A DNA stretch of 63,937 nt, filler included, from Octopus bimaculoides (taxonomy: Eukaryota): assembly GCF_001194135.2 (NCBI RefSeq). It is 5 parts of 5 records of this genome, joined end to end, with 100 filler letters (N's around TTAATTAATTAA, not from the genome) between each part and the next. Parts side by side here need not be neighbours in the genome. Positions count along the whole stretch, not along the records: positions 1 to 22,358 come from NC_068983.1; positions 22,459 to 50,757 come from NC_068986.1; 3 more parts are not named here. One strand, 5' to 3'. The translations under genes were made by a program, and so were the position numbers. Positions 14,501-26,430 of this stretch are shown in pieces. Each line of letters starts with the position of its first letter. Within the stretch, counting starts at the first letter, position 1. The notes under the pieces were generated by a model. It saw only the letters and a list, made by a program, of their open reading frames with translations, did no database searches and was not told where the DNA came from.

Positions 14501-15379
14501 CTTGACTGGATGAAGCAGGTAGTCATTTAACTCCTAATTTTTGGATACTCAGTAGATCTTACCTTCCTTCGAGCATTGAGTTTCAAATTCCATCCCTGTT
14601 TTGTATCATATAAATACAACCCTTAATTATGTTTCAACGGTAGGAATATAGTAACAAGTCTCTTTGTTCTATTTCCACTGACTAGCATTAATTTATGCTT
14701 CCTGAAATCACGACATCACAAAACTGGGAATCTAGTGTGTAATAAATCAGAGGTAATCTACACGTTTCTTCCACTATATTATCCGGAAGGACAATTTTTG
14801 ATATTCATAACACTGAGAAAATACACCCCTTTTCAACAGTTTGTTGGAAATTATGAAAATCTACCTTAATATCTTTAAGGCAGATAAGAATGGTTGTGGC
14901 GGTGGAGGGAGATAAAAGTTTCATTGAATAATTGATTAAGTAATTAAATACTTAATCATGAAAACATAATTATTATTCATTATACTTGACCCAATTTATA
15001 ACGAGGAAGTAGTTCCTATAGCTATCTGTAAAGATCGAAATATTGAATAAAGTTATTTTCTGCCGAATTGCTACCGTACTCTGCATTTAATGCCCAAACC
15101 AATCGATTGAGGAGTGGAACGCCTTATGGACACAGCCTATGCAGATTCATATATTCCTCATTGGACACTCTGTTAGACAGGTGTATTTTTTGCATTGGAA
15201 ACATTTGGATTTCTTCAATTCCTATTTCCTTTCAATGTGCATATCTATGTACATACATATATACACACATACCTGAGTGTTCATGTATGTATGCATGTAT
15301 GTAAATATGTATACACACACGTATATACATATGTATATACACATATGTATGGTAAGAATTAGTGTGTACATGCACATAC

Positions 15380-15419
<40 letters not shown>

Positions 15420-15480
15420 GCATGTACGTATGTATGTATGTATGTATGTATGTATGTATGTATGTATGTACGTATGTATG

Positions 15481-15830
15481 TAAAGCTGGACTTATGAGTC
15501 ATCTTCGTAGTCATAAAGCAAGACCGATGATTGACTACCAGGCCGCTGGTGATGATGCTACACACCATACTAGTCATGTCTGTCGGGCATGTGGAAGGGA
15601 GTGTGATTCAGCAGGAGGACTTAAACGACACGCAAAGGTACATGGAGCCCAATTACAACAACAGCCAGCTATTGCCAGTAAAGGTTTTGGATGCCAATTC
15701 TGTGCAAGACATTGTAGATCATTGGCTGGGCTAAAAAGTCACATTCGATCACAGCACCGTTAAGTTAAACTTCGTGCAATGGCCGTACTCGATAAGGAGG
15801 GGGCAGCCATCATGTATGTGAGTATACAAA
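15481..15830 (+). mobile_element. RTE-clade LINE 3' end with C-terminal C2H2 zinc fingers
   Basis: Partial finger KAGLMSHLRSH, then CRAC-x12-H-x3-H and CQFC-x12-H-x4-H; stop 15761-15763; short 3'UTR ATGGCCGTACTCGATAAGGAGGGGGCAGCCATCAT; GTATGT tail; 5' end abuts (TATG)n with no real start codon. Confidence 0.7.
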
Positions 15831-16226
15831 TATATTTACTACATATAGTTTGTGTAGAAACAATTCTTAACTTAATATACAGTGACGTTTTGTATGAAAT
15901 AAATTTCTGTTTTTTTTTTTCTGATATACGCTGCGATGTACCAATCTTCAGACGGCTCATCAAAAATACCAATTTGTAAATAAATAAATCTTCGGCTTAC
16001 TGTTCTGGCCTAATTCATAAATGCCTTATAAGCAACTGATCTTTTTAACTGACAAGAGAAAGAACTTGGATAATTTGTCTCTGGTGAACGTACTATACTC
16101 ACGGAACCGGTCCGTTAGTAGATTACTTTCCTCTTTTATTCGCACGACAGGAAATATAAAATGGATGTGTTTATAATTGCATTTAACCCATAGTGAAATG
16201 AGTTTTTAACTAATTAAACGTACGAT

Positions 16227-16740
16227 TTGAGAAAGGCCATAGAAAAACCTGCTTCGGATCAAGCTGGATGGCGAACAAAAGTGTGGAGTGGAATGAAAGC
16301 TTTTGAAGAGGTGAGGATGACACATGGAAGACTAAAAAGAGAATTTAGGAAGAATGTTGCGATCGACAAGGTGAAGCTCAATGACCTTTCTCGTGTGCAC
16401 AGTTTATGACAGACCATGCCTTTCTTTTGTAGAGCTGGAATCTCATTTGCGGACCCATGAAAAACGAACCTCCACCAATTACTCTGCCAACATATCTGTG
16501 CACACGTTTCAATGCCGTGTATGGCACAAGGACTGCAAATCTAAAGGAGGCCTCAAAAGACATTTTAAGATTCACAAAGATCAGAACTTAACTACAAAAC
16601 TTGGTCGTCCAGGTCAGATATGCAATCTATGTGGTTTTCTTTTGAATGCATTGTTTGATTTAAAAGGCCATATCAGGAGGCATGATTGATCTAAGGTGTA
16701 AGTACAAGAGATGGTCAGAATTTTTAGACAACCACTATAT
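16227..16740 (+). mobile_element. Second, decayed RTE-clade LINE 3' end with three degenerate C2H2 fingers
   Basis: EKPASDQAGWRTKVWSGMKAFEEVR..KR..RK matches the RTE ORF2 post-RT motif (A.DR..WR..V..G...FE..R); frameshifts into CTVY..H..H, CRVW..HFKIH, CNLC..HIRRH; (AT)n tail. Confidence 0.75.
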
Positions 16741-16850
16741 ATATGTAGACATATGTACATATATATGCATGTATATATATATATATATACATACATATGT
16801 GTGTGTGTGTATGTATGTATGTATGTATGTATGTATGTATGTATGCATGC

Positions 16851-16888
<38 letters not shown>

Positions 16889-17870
16889 GTGTGCATGTAT
16901 ATACATACATACATACATACATACATACATACATACATACACACACAGACACACACACGTGTATATAAACTGATTGCGGAATAAGTTTGCTTCAATAAAA
17001 CGAAGTCAAGCTTTCGAAACACCGGTGTGGCATTTTCAGCAAATATCATTTTCTATAGCCTCGAGTCAGTGAAATTAGATAAAGAGAAACTGTATATCCC
17101 GTCAGAAGGATTCTACTTGAAATTATATGTATAAATATGCGTGCGTCTATAAGTATTTGTGTGCGTGTGTGTGCGTGTGTGTGTGTATGTATTCTACTTA
17201 TATACATACATACATACATACATACATACAATTATATTTACTTACAAACGTACGCAGGAACACACATGCGTGTGCGGTTGTGTGCATAAATATATATTTA
17301 GTTTTGGAAAATTTCGTGATGTGTTCTCCAAGCGGAAGAGCATCCGTTCTGTGTCCACGTATGATAATTGCTCTTAGCTTATTCAAGCATAACTAAATCT
17401 AAAATGAATAGCTTTCTATAACACATCGGTTTCATCAACGCTATTGTGTTAGTAGTGAACAATGAATTGTATGTATATATCTATGTATTTGTGTGCGTGT
17501 GAGTGAGTGTGTGTATATATATTTGTATCTATGCATATATATATATATATATATATATGTACATATATATCTATTTATATACGTATGTACGCATGTATAT
17601 ATATATANNNNNNNNNNNNNNNNNNNNNNNNNNNNNNNNNNNNNNNNNNNNNNNNNNNNNNNNNNNNNNNNNNNNNNNNNNNNNNNNNNNNNNNNNNNNN
17701 NNNNNNNNNNNNNNNNNNNNNNNNNNNNNNNNNNNNNNNNNNNNNNNNNNNNNNNNNNNNNNNNNNNNNNNNNNNNNNNNNNNNNNNNNNNNNNNNNNNN
17801 NNNNNNNNNNNNAGATGGACAGGCAGGCGGACACAGATAGGTATACATACATACAGTCAGATAGGCAGGC

Positions 17871-17917
<47 letters not shown>

Positions 17918-17969
17918 AAGAGAGAGAGAGAGACAGAGAGAGAGAGAGAGACAGAGAGATAAGAGAGAG

Positions 17970-18014
<45 letters not shown>

Positions 18015-19430
18015 CACACAGAGAGACAGACAGATAGGCTGACAGTGAATTTCCGATTTAATTATAACCAATTAATGGCTAAATGTTGCAACTTTATATT
18101 TAGCTCGTAGAAATGTAATAATGAGAAGCAGTAATTATTGTATCATTATTTGTTGTTTGAATGTCCTCTGTTGAACCCCCTTGGATTTGACAAAATCTGA
18201 CTCTGGCACTCAATATCTCACACACAACATTTGATTTCATTAAACTTCACTTAATTCTCGAATCTGCAGTTTATAAAGATTGCCAACAATCTAGGGACAG
18301 TGTTAATTTCTATTGACTCTCGTTTTATGTAACTAGAGTATTATTTGGTGCTAGTGGAACAACGATGGAAACTTCGACTATCAGAACTATACCATTTCGT
18401 TTTCATGGTATATATTACAGTTTAATTCTTAGGTGACTTCAATATTTCCGGCTCTTTACGTTCTGAATTTAGCGCTGCGCCTGTCATCCTTTCGAGGTCG
18501 TTAAACATTTTCCCGTTTTAGCAAAATTTGTCAGCATTTTACGAATTTGTTCTCAAGTTCTTTTTTTACATTCAAGGCACCAGGACATTTGTCAGTACAT
18601 TTCTGGTGGTATCCCTCTTATCTCAGGTGACCAGCAATTTCAGCACGTTGAGGGGAAAGTGAACAACAATGAAGGGGTGTCCTCGAACGTCTGGTTGTCT
18701 TGCAAGCGTCGACCTCTAGAGTGGTGGAGCCCTTTTGATTAGAGAGAATTTGCCATCTTATATATCTAATAATCCTTTCAACTATAGGGACAAGGGCGAA
18801 AATCTTTGGGATAAGGACTAATCGGTCACATCAATCCCAATATTATGTCCAGTACTTATGTTATCGACCTCGAAATGATGTCAGCGGAATCTGAACTCGG
18901 GAGGTAAAGCCGGAAGAAATGCGAATGATTCTGTTAGCTCACTGCTCCCTATAAATCTAATAATGGTTTTCTATATATAAAATTCTCACTGTGTAGTGAT
19001 GTGAAATATGAATGCTGTAAGCGATAAAGAACTCACCCTGAAGGCAAAGACTTTCTGTATAAATACTGTGTCTATAAATTCTCTTCACTATGTTATATAT
19101 GATATTAACGCATTGTATGTAACGATATCAAAACCTACCAGAACGTAAAGAACGAGGCGGCTATGAAGAGACAGCAAATTTACTTCAGTGTTTTGCTTGT
19201 AGTTGTTTATCACTAGTTAAGCTCTGGCCAATAAAACCTATGATCAAAAGCTTTTCAATCGTTGTGATCAAACGTTTTATTCCGACATAATGTATCTAGA
19301 ACTAAAATATCTAATGTGTTCGTTTATTTGCAGACGATAGGATGATAAATGTGAGGGATTTGGCTTATAATTCTAGATGATAAGTATATTTGGCTTCTAG
19401 TTCTAAGTGGTCTACTCTTCATACGTGTGA

Positions 19431-19752
19431 AGATGCGTGGCTTAGTGGTTAGGGTGTTCAGCTCACGATCGTCAATACGTGAGTTCAATTTCCGGCAACG
19501 CATTGTGTCCTTGAGCAAGACACTTTATTTTTCTTATTGCCCCAGTCCAATCAGCTGGCAAAAATGAGTAGTACCTGTATTTTAAAGGGCCGGCCTTGAC
19601 ACATTCTTTGTCACGCAAAATCTCCTTGAAAATTATGTTAAGGGTATGCGTGTCCGTAGTGTGTTCAGCCACCTTGACGCTAATTTCAAGAGCAGGCTGT
19701 TCCGTTGATCGGTTCAACTGGAATCCTCGTCGTCGTAACCGACGGAATACCG
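19431..19752 (+). mobile_element. tRNA-derived SINE (family B head, 3' tail shared with family D)
   Basis: A box TGGCTTAGTGG, B box GAGTTCAATTTCC, core TGTGTCCTTGAGCAAGACACT, tail GAGCAGGCTGTTCCGTTGATCGG as at 31381 and 33105. Confidence 0.85.
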
Positions 19753-20239
19753 GTGATTATCTCCTCATACATCACACATCACACGAAGGCTTTAACATCT
19801 TTAATCTGTTAATACAATCCCCGCAAAACCAATATCTCCAATGTTGACTGTCAGGGTTCAGGTACTTCAAGTTAGCTGGTCCATACCCATCAGTTCACAA
19901 TGCCAAATGTTTGAGTCAGAATGTACCCCTGCACAACATAGTCCAAACAGCTGTATAGGATTACCATTACATCGCGTATTTTTTTGGATGATGAACACTG
20001 TCTCATCTTATGGTAATGATGTATTTCTAAATATATAAAACAAGGTATGAATGTGTATGTGCGTATGCGTAATTATGTGTGTAGGTTTTATGAAAAGATA
20101 TACAACAAATTAGTAAATAAAATTTTAAAATGTACAAGAACGAAATTGAATTTAAGAAATATTATCTCTAATGAGGAAAAGTAACAGGGATGTTACATTT
20201 AGTTCTCAAGGGTGTCTTGAAGCCTAAATTTCTAACTTA

Positions 20240-20980
20240 AAAATAAGTCTTCAACCACGGCCTCCAGATGACTTTGGAATTTCCTTCAACTCTTCCGGAC
20301 CGTACCCTTGATTAAGTTGGTGAATGCTGCCATAATCCTTGCCTTCAATTCATCTTTGGTGTTACAAGGACTTTTGTTGGCCTCTCGCTCAACTGCGCTC
20401 CACACATAATAATCAAGGGAGTTGCAGTGTGTGGATTTAGGTGGCCAGATTTTAGGAATGACGTGGTAGCAGAAAATGTCTGACAGCCATGACTGGGTAC
20501 TCCTGCCTGTGTGGCATGGTGCAGAGTCCTGTTTTCAAAGAGGGTCTTCCAGCAGCCACCCACTTGATGGAGAGCAGCACTACCTCCTCTAAGCGCTTGA
20601 TGTAGGTCTCCTTATTGAGTGTGGGACCATGTGGGAATATGAATGAAGGCGTAACTTCGTCATCACTAGTGATCACTCCAAACACCATGATGTTGTCCAG
20701 TTGTTTGATTTTTATCACTCTCGGTACATGTCCTGAGATTGCACTCAGATTCAAATTCAAACACTCTGAAATGTTCGTATAGGAGCTTCCGGTGCGAATG
20801 CCAAGCAGTACACGATGTCATTGCCAAATTTCTGGCAGAGTGAATTGTGTCATGGTGCTGTTCTCACAGACGCTGCCCAATTGACCCTACCATTCTGTGT
20901 AGTAAACAAAATCAAAAACAAACAATTCGCTGCATAAAATTAAAGATATATATTGGCGACAATTTACCCATCGTTCCAAA
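20240..20980 (-). pseudogene. Internally deleted Tc1/mariner maT-type (DD37D-like) transposase
   Basis: ATG at 20853 (MTQFTLPEIW..), then IMVFGVITSDDEVTPSFIFPHG..IKRLEEVV, frameshifted catalytic region, C-terminal HLEAVVE; TIR-like GGTAAATTGTCGCC near 20955-20970. Confidence 0.8.
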
Positions 20981-20992
20981 TATATATATATA

Positions 20993-21518
20993 TAGACGTG
21001 TTGTGGTCAATAAGTTTTCGGACTGTTTTCATAGTAACGAAACTAAGGCACGCAGAGTAAAACTGCTTGGCACAGATTGACCTTAATCTCTGCTGTGCAT
21101 GCGCACTAAATTTTAACGTTCTTCCTCATTTCCGCTGGTTACAGCAATGCTTAGAATGAAGTTGTGTAGCGTGTGATCGTCGCATTGACCATGACAGAGA
21201 AATTTGAGCAGAGAGTCTGCATCAAATTTTGCCAAAAGTGTGGCGATACCTGCACAGAGGCCTATGCAAAGTTTCCAAACGGTTTTTCATCGTTCTCGAC
21301 ACAATCCAGAAGATCTTGTGCAACTGAAACCCGAGTGTCTTTTTGGTCAACTGAAAGCAGTTTTGGCACAAACTTGGCAGACACGCGTCTCACAGCCAGA
21401 CCTTCAGTGATAATGGACTGAACTAATAACTCTCATGACTCCCAGATGGTGATTCGATGATTTCCTCTCACAGCTGGACGCACATCTACGATGTTTTTCT
21501 CAGTTCTGTTGTTTGTGG
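20993..21518 (+). mobile_element. Mariner 5' part with an internally inverted segment
   Basis: TIR-like GGTCAATAAGTTTTCGGACTG; + strand MTEKFEQRVCIKFCQKCGDT from 21191; 21267-21518 read on - strand gives QSIITEGLAVRRVSAKFVPKLLSVDQKDTRVSVAQDLLDCVEND. Confidence 0.85.
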
Positions 21519-21769
21519 ATCACATATATATATAAACAAACATATATAAATACATACATACATATATATATATATTTGCCTGATTGACCGTTGACTGAAC
21601 ACTATTCAATTTTTTTTTCTCCGTGTTTTTCTCATTGTCTCCGTATTCTTTCTGTTGAAGAGCGTAGCTCGAAACGTCAAAGACTTTCCGTATTCCCGAG
21701 CGTCATACTAATACATCCTTTTGTTATTTACACCACCTGTCCTCGTCTGTTGTTTTTTCATACATTCTC

Positions 21770-21800
<31 letters not shown>

Positions 21801-22402
21801 GGCAAAATAGCCAGTACGAAAATCTCAAGAAACGATCAGAGTAGTAGCTATACTAAAAATTAAAGTCATTTGCCCCATCAAAGTGGCTGTTTCATGTTAC
21901 TAATAGTTTAACCCCAGGCAGATCCCTCACCAGCAGGTTGTCGGTGCAACGCTACACCCTTTATATACGTTATATATTGTTAGCAGGGGAGCGAACCACT
22001 ACCACCCTCTACCAGGTAATAGAATCGCGTGACTGACTCAGTCTCGAGCTATTTGACTCATCCTGAAATACAGTAGGACATCCTCAAACAGGGTAGCACT
22101 TAATCTCTAATAAGTCCGTCTGTTCTTTGTCGTCTTGCAGGTTATTATGACACATTTGAAAGTTACTAAGTCGGGATTATGCATCATGGGGTTAATAGTG
22201 TTTTTTTATGTTCCTATCCGCAAAAGAAGAATTAGGAGTCAAAATTATATCCCAATTGGGAAGTCTACCTATCAGCTCTAAAACAGGAATTGAGCGCCAC
22301 GTTTTATTCAACCCTTATATATGAAATTATATGTTAAATATATATATATATATATATANNNNNNNNNNNNNNNNNNNNNNNNNNNNNNNNNNNNNNNNNN
22401 NN

Positions 22403-22414
22403 TTAATTAATTAA
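22403..22414. other. Assembly linker: N44-TTAATTAATTAA-N44 (six-frame stop spacer)
   Basis: The same 12-mer sits inside N runs at 22403, 50802, 60034 and 62675. Confidence 0.95.
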
Positions 22415-22458
22415 NNNNNNNNNNNNNNNNNNNNNNNNNNNNNNNNNNNNNNNNNNNN

Positions 22459-22515
<57 letters not shown>

Positions 22516-22647
22516 GAAGTACTATGGGGAAGTTAAAGGAAAATCAAATACAGAGTTGATTACAGATATTCCTCTATTATTCTCATGTTTGAACATGAAA
22601 TAATAAAAAAAAAGACAAATATTAAATTTTTTTTTTGTTTTGCATAG

Positions 22648-22743
22648 GTCATTATAATAATTAATTTAGAATTTAAGAGAAAGCCATGCATAAAGTTGAC
22701 ACAAATGACTACTGCTGAATTTATCAACTTGGGAAGATAAACG
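22648..22743 (+). other. Candidate 5' (UTR or uORF) exon of the host gene
   Basis: Acceptor TTTTTTTTTGTTTTGCATAG; donor ACG|GTAAAT; all three frames contain stops. Confidence 0.45.
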
Positions 22744-23150
22744 GTAAATTAGAACCCCGCAGAATTTGAACACACAACCAATAGGAATGAACCATCATCA
22801 TCATTATTGTTGTTGCTGTCATTGTTGTCATCAATATTTTAATGCCCCCTTTTCTATGCTTGCACAGGTCGGATTTTCTACAGCTGGATGCTCTTCCAGC
22901 TGCTATCCCTCACCTGTTTCTAAGCAAGGTAATATTTCTCTGTGGTCCAATTGCATATACAAATGACATCAATTTTGATTAATTGCATACAATGCTTTCC
23001 AAATTTATGAGTTATAAAATTGGCAAAATGTAGCATAAAGTCAAAGCATTTGTGTTGATATGAATGGATAAATAAATCCTGGAAGCTTCCAGTTTTCTAG
23101 ATAAGATAGATTGACCAGTAACTAATTTATGTTTATAAGATAGCTATATG

Positions 23151-23775
23151 AAAAAATGTCACACCCTAGCAGTTGAGGGAAACTGTGGAAGAGGTAGACC
23201 CAGGAAGACCTGGGATGAGGTGGTGAAGCACAACCTTCGAACATTAGGCCTCACCGAGGCAATGACTAGTGACCGAGACCTTTGGAAATATGCTGTGCTT
23301 GAGAAGACCTGGCAGGCCAAGTGAGACTATAACCTGTGGCCTATACCGGTGGTGTAACCAGCCCATTTAGGCATACCTTTCATTTATTGGACACTAAACT
23401 ATGCTTGTGAAGACCTGTTGAGGCAAATAGCACCATCCGAGCGTAATTGTGGCCAGGGCCACTGTGTGGACACGTAAAATATACCATTCGAGTGTGATTG
23501 TTACCAGTGTCGCCTTACTGGCACATGTGCCGGTGGTATGTGGAAAACACCATTTGAGTGTGGCTGTTGCCAGCACCGCCTGACTGGCCCTTGTGCTGGT
23601 GTCATGTTAAAACACCAACTACACTCTTGGAGTGGTTGGCGTTAGGAAGAGCATCCAGCTGTAGAAACTCTGCCAGATCAGATTGGAGCCTGGTGCAGCC
23701 ATCTGACTCCCTAGTCCCCAGTCAAACCATCCAACCCATGCCAGCATGGAAAGGAGACGTTAAACGATGATGATG
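23151..23775 (+). mobile_element. RTE LINE 3' end with modular 3'UTR and (GAT)n tail
   Basis: KKCHTLAVEGNCGRGRPRKTWDEVVKHNLRTLGLTEAMTSDRDLWKYAVLEKTWQAK* (23151-23324); ends ACGTTAAACGATGATGATG. Confidence 0.9.
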
Positions 23776-23785
23776 AAACAACTTA

Positions 23786-23993
23786 TGAGGTGTGATCAAA
23801 AAATATCCAATGCGTATGCACTACATGCCTGTACTCTAGGTGCAACAGCCAGGAACTAACATGGCCTACTGGTGTGAAAAATTTCCTACATGCACAAAAG
23901 AGGTGACATCACCTCCTATCAAAAGGATTTTGCCCAAGTGGCATTATTTTTGGCAGGAAAAAATAAAATTGGGTACTTTTTGAATACACCTTG
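23786..23993. mobile_element. Mariner-derived MITE (208 bp)
   Basis: TA|TGAGGTGTGATCAAAAAATATCCAA versus right-end reverse complement CAAGGTGTATTCAAAAAGTACCCAA. Confidence 0.75.
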
Positions 23994-24094
23994 TGTGTTA
24001 AAAGAATAAAATATATTGTGTTATTTTCCTCATTTCAATAAATGATTTGTCAGCAGCCAACCACGAATCCCTAGTGAACATCTGCTCTTCTTTT

Positions 24095-24715
24095 CATTCT
24101 CATGAACTCATCACACCATTTTTGGACAGACAAGTAACCAGTGTTGAAAAATGGGTCTTTTATCAAAATGTTAAGCATCGTAGACATTTGCTAGGTGAAG
24201 GGGAAAAAGCCCCATCTCAACTGAAAAAAGAACTCCATGCGAAGAAGGTTTTTCTCTCTGTTTGCTGGGATTGCAAAGGAGTTATTCACTTTGAGTTACT
24301 ACAAATTAATGCAACAATCAATGCTCAAATCTACTGATAGCAATTAGAACTTTTGAATGCTGCTTTTAAGAAAAACAGGCTTGCTTTAGTGAACTAAAAA
24401 GGAATGGTGTTTCATCAGGACAATGCAAGACCCCACACTGCAAAGATCATGGCACTGCAAATTGAGGAACTTGGCTGGGAAAAAATTGTTCATCTGCCTT
24501 ATTCCCCACACCTTGCTCTTTCAGATTACCATTTGTTCCATAGTTTACAGAATCATTTGGATGGATTAACTCTCGAAACAAGTGAGGAAATCAAAATTGA
24601 CCTTTCAGAGTTCTTCTCTTCAAAACCGAAAGAGTTTTTCACTAATGGGATTAAAAAGCTTACGAGTAGATGGAAAGATGTCATAGATAATCATGGAATT
24701 ACATACTATATACCC
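24095..24715 (+). pseudogene. Mariner DD34D transposase catalytic-domain remnant
   Basis: VTSVEKW (TGDEKW with D lost), VCWDCKGVIHFELL, HQDNARPH and YSPHLALSDY with 34 residues between the last two D; in-frame stops at 24335, 24338, 24395. Confidence 0.92.
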
Positions 24716-25925
24716 ACTTAAAAAAATAAGTCCCAGGGTGGTTTTGCTCGACTAAAACCCTTCAAGATGGTGCCCCAGCATGCTTGCATGGGTTGGATGG
24801 AGCTTATTGAGGCAGATTTTCTATGGCTGGATGCCTGCCCATTCTGTCACCAACCAGAACCAAGAGTGTGGGTAGGTGGAGGTTGAAAGAGTATTTAGAG
24901 GAGTGAGAAGTAGGGAATGGGTAAGGCAGGGATGTAGGTGACACCTGTACATATTGAGTAGGGTTATAGAATAGGTGTGATGTAGTTAATGGAGGATAAG
25001 AGATGGGGGTGATCAATGATGCACAAGTTGGGGAAGTAAGGGGTGTAGGAAATAACAGACTGTAGAAATAGGGGAGAGGAGATTAGCAGTATAGTAATGT
25101 TGACACAGTGGACAGGATTAAGACAAGAAAGAGAAAGAGGGAGAGATGACATGATTGGGTAGGTTTTAGGAGTGTATGGGATAAAGGAGAGGCAGATATA
25201 GTGTATGAAGAGGGGAGGAGAGATATACACCTATTCCTTTTCTGTATATCAAGCAAGGCTATTTCCCTGAAGATACTAGGGTCCTGCCTTCTTTCCTCCT
25301 TACTAACACCTTCTCTTTGCTTGAGTTTACATAAGGTCTCACAATTCTTGGTTTAGTTTTTAACCTTGGAATTTCTTCTCTAATTCCCCAACAGACTCAA
25401 CTATGAGAACTAGATCATGAGCATATAGGAGTTCCCTTGGACATCCACTCTTAAACCCCATGGTAGTCACCTATAGGACTATGATGAATAGGAGAGGACT
25501 AAGGACTGAGATTTGATGAACTCCTACCCTCAAGTTAAATTTTTCACTAAACTATTGTTGATTCTCAGTTTACTTACTGCATGTTTGCATGTAGCTTGTA
25601 CACACCTCTCAAGCCATTTAAGTACACTTAGTTTCCTTAATGACCACAAAATTACTGAACATGGCACCCTGGGAAATGCCTTCTACAAATCAATGAAAGC
25701 TAGGAATAGTGGTTTATTCTGAGTCTCAATTAGGCCTACTCTGTCATGAATTAATTGTGATTTGACTCACTTCATGACCTTCAGAACCAGAGTCAGCAGT
25801 TGACTCCCCTATTGTTTCTTGTTTCGAAGGCATTTCTTCTGTCTTTGTAGCAGTTAACAATAATACTTCTACCCCAATACACACACACACATACATACAT
25901 ACATACATTTGTGTGCATATGTAAG

Positions 25926-25975
<50 letters not shown>

Positions 25976-26382
25976 GGTATAATTTTTTGATAAAGGAGAA
26001 TATACTCACTTCATATAGATTATAGAATTATTTTGGCCACAATAACTAACTATACTTTTCTATCAATACTTTTTCCTTCTCTCACATGCTAATAAACATT
26101 TATTAACAAATGCTATTAAGCATTGATTTAGATTTTGCATTAAAAAAATACATAAAACAAATTTAAGCCAAATAAAAAAAAAAAATTTTCTGTTGACAAT
26201 AAATCATGATGTATTTTTATGAATCAAACAAAATTATTGATTTGGCATTTATGAAAGAAAAATTTTTTTTATTAAATGTTAAGCTACTTTGGCTGCAAAA
26301 GTAATAATTTGTTTTTATTGTCCTAAAATATTATTCCTTATCATTTATCTGTATCATATTTATATACATAATTAATTTTCAG

Positions 26383-26430
26383 TTATTTGAACATGATACA
26401 GTTACTGCTGGTTTATCTGAAAATGATAAA
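26383..26430 (+). CDS. Candidate coding exon (LFEHDTVTAGLSENDK), phase 0-0
   Basis: Acceptor TAATTTTCAG, donor AAA|GTTAGT, 48 nt open. Confidence 0.55.

Noticed and set aside
15362-16689. Host C2H2 zinc-finger gene
   Set aside because: The ATG comes from a microsatellite, there are no splice sites, and there are RTE-type UTR/tails plus an adjacent RTE ORF2 motif; better explained as LINE ends.
18629-18742. Apparent terminal exon GDQQFQHVEGK..WWSPFD*
   Set aside because: Overlaps sequence resembling the dispersed repeat also seen near 49070-49220; no partner exons.
22359-22458. TTAATTAATTAA palindrome recurring four times between N runs
   Set aside because: It always sits inside an N run (44 N on each side where counted, 22359-22458): an artificial six-frame stop linker from scaffolding, not biology.
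24047-24721. SETMAR-like domesticated transposase exon
   Set aside because: Three in-frame stops and loss of the first catalytic Asp.
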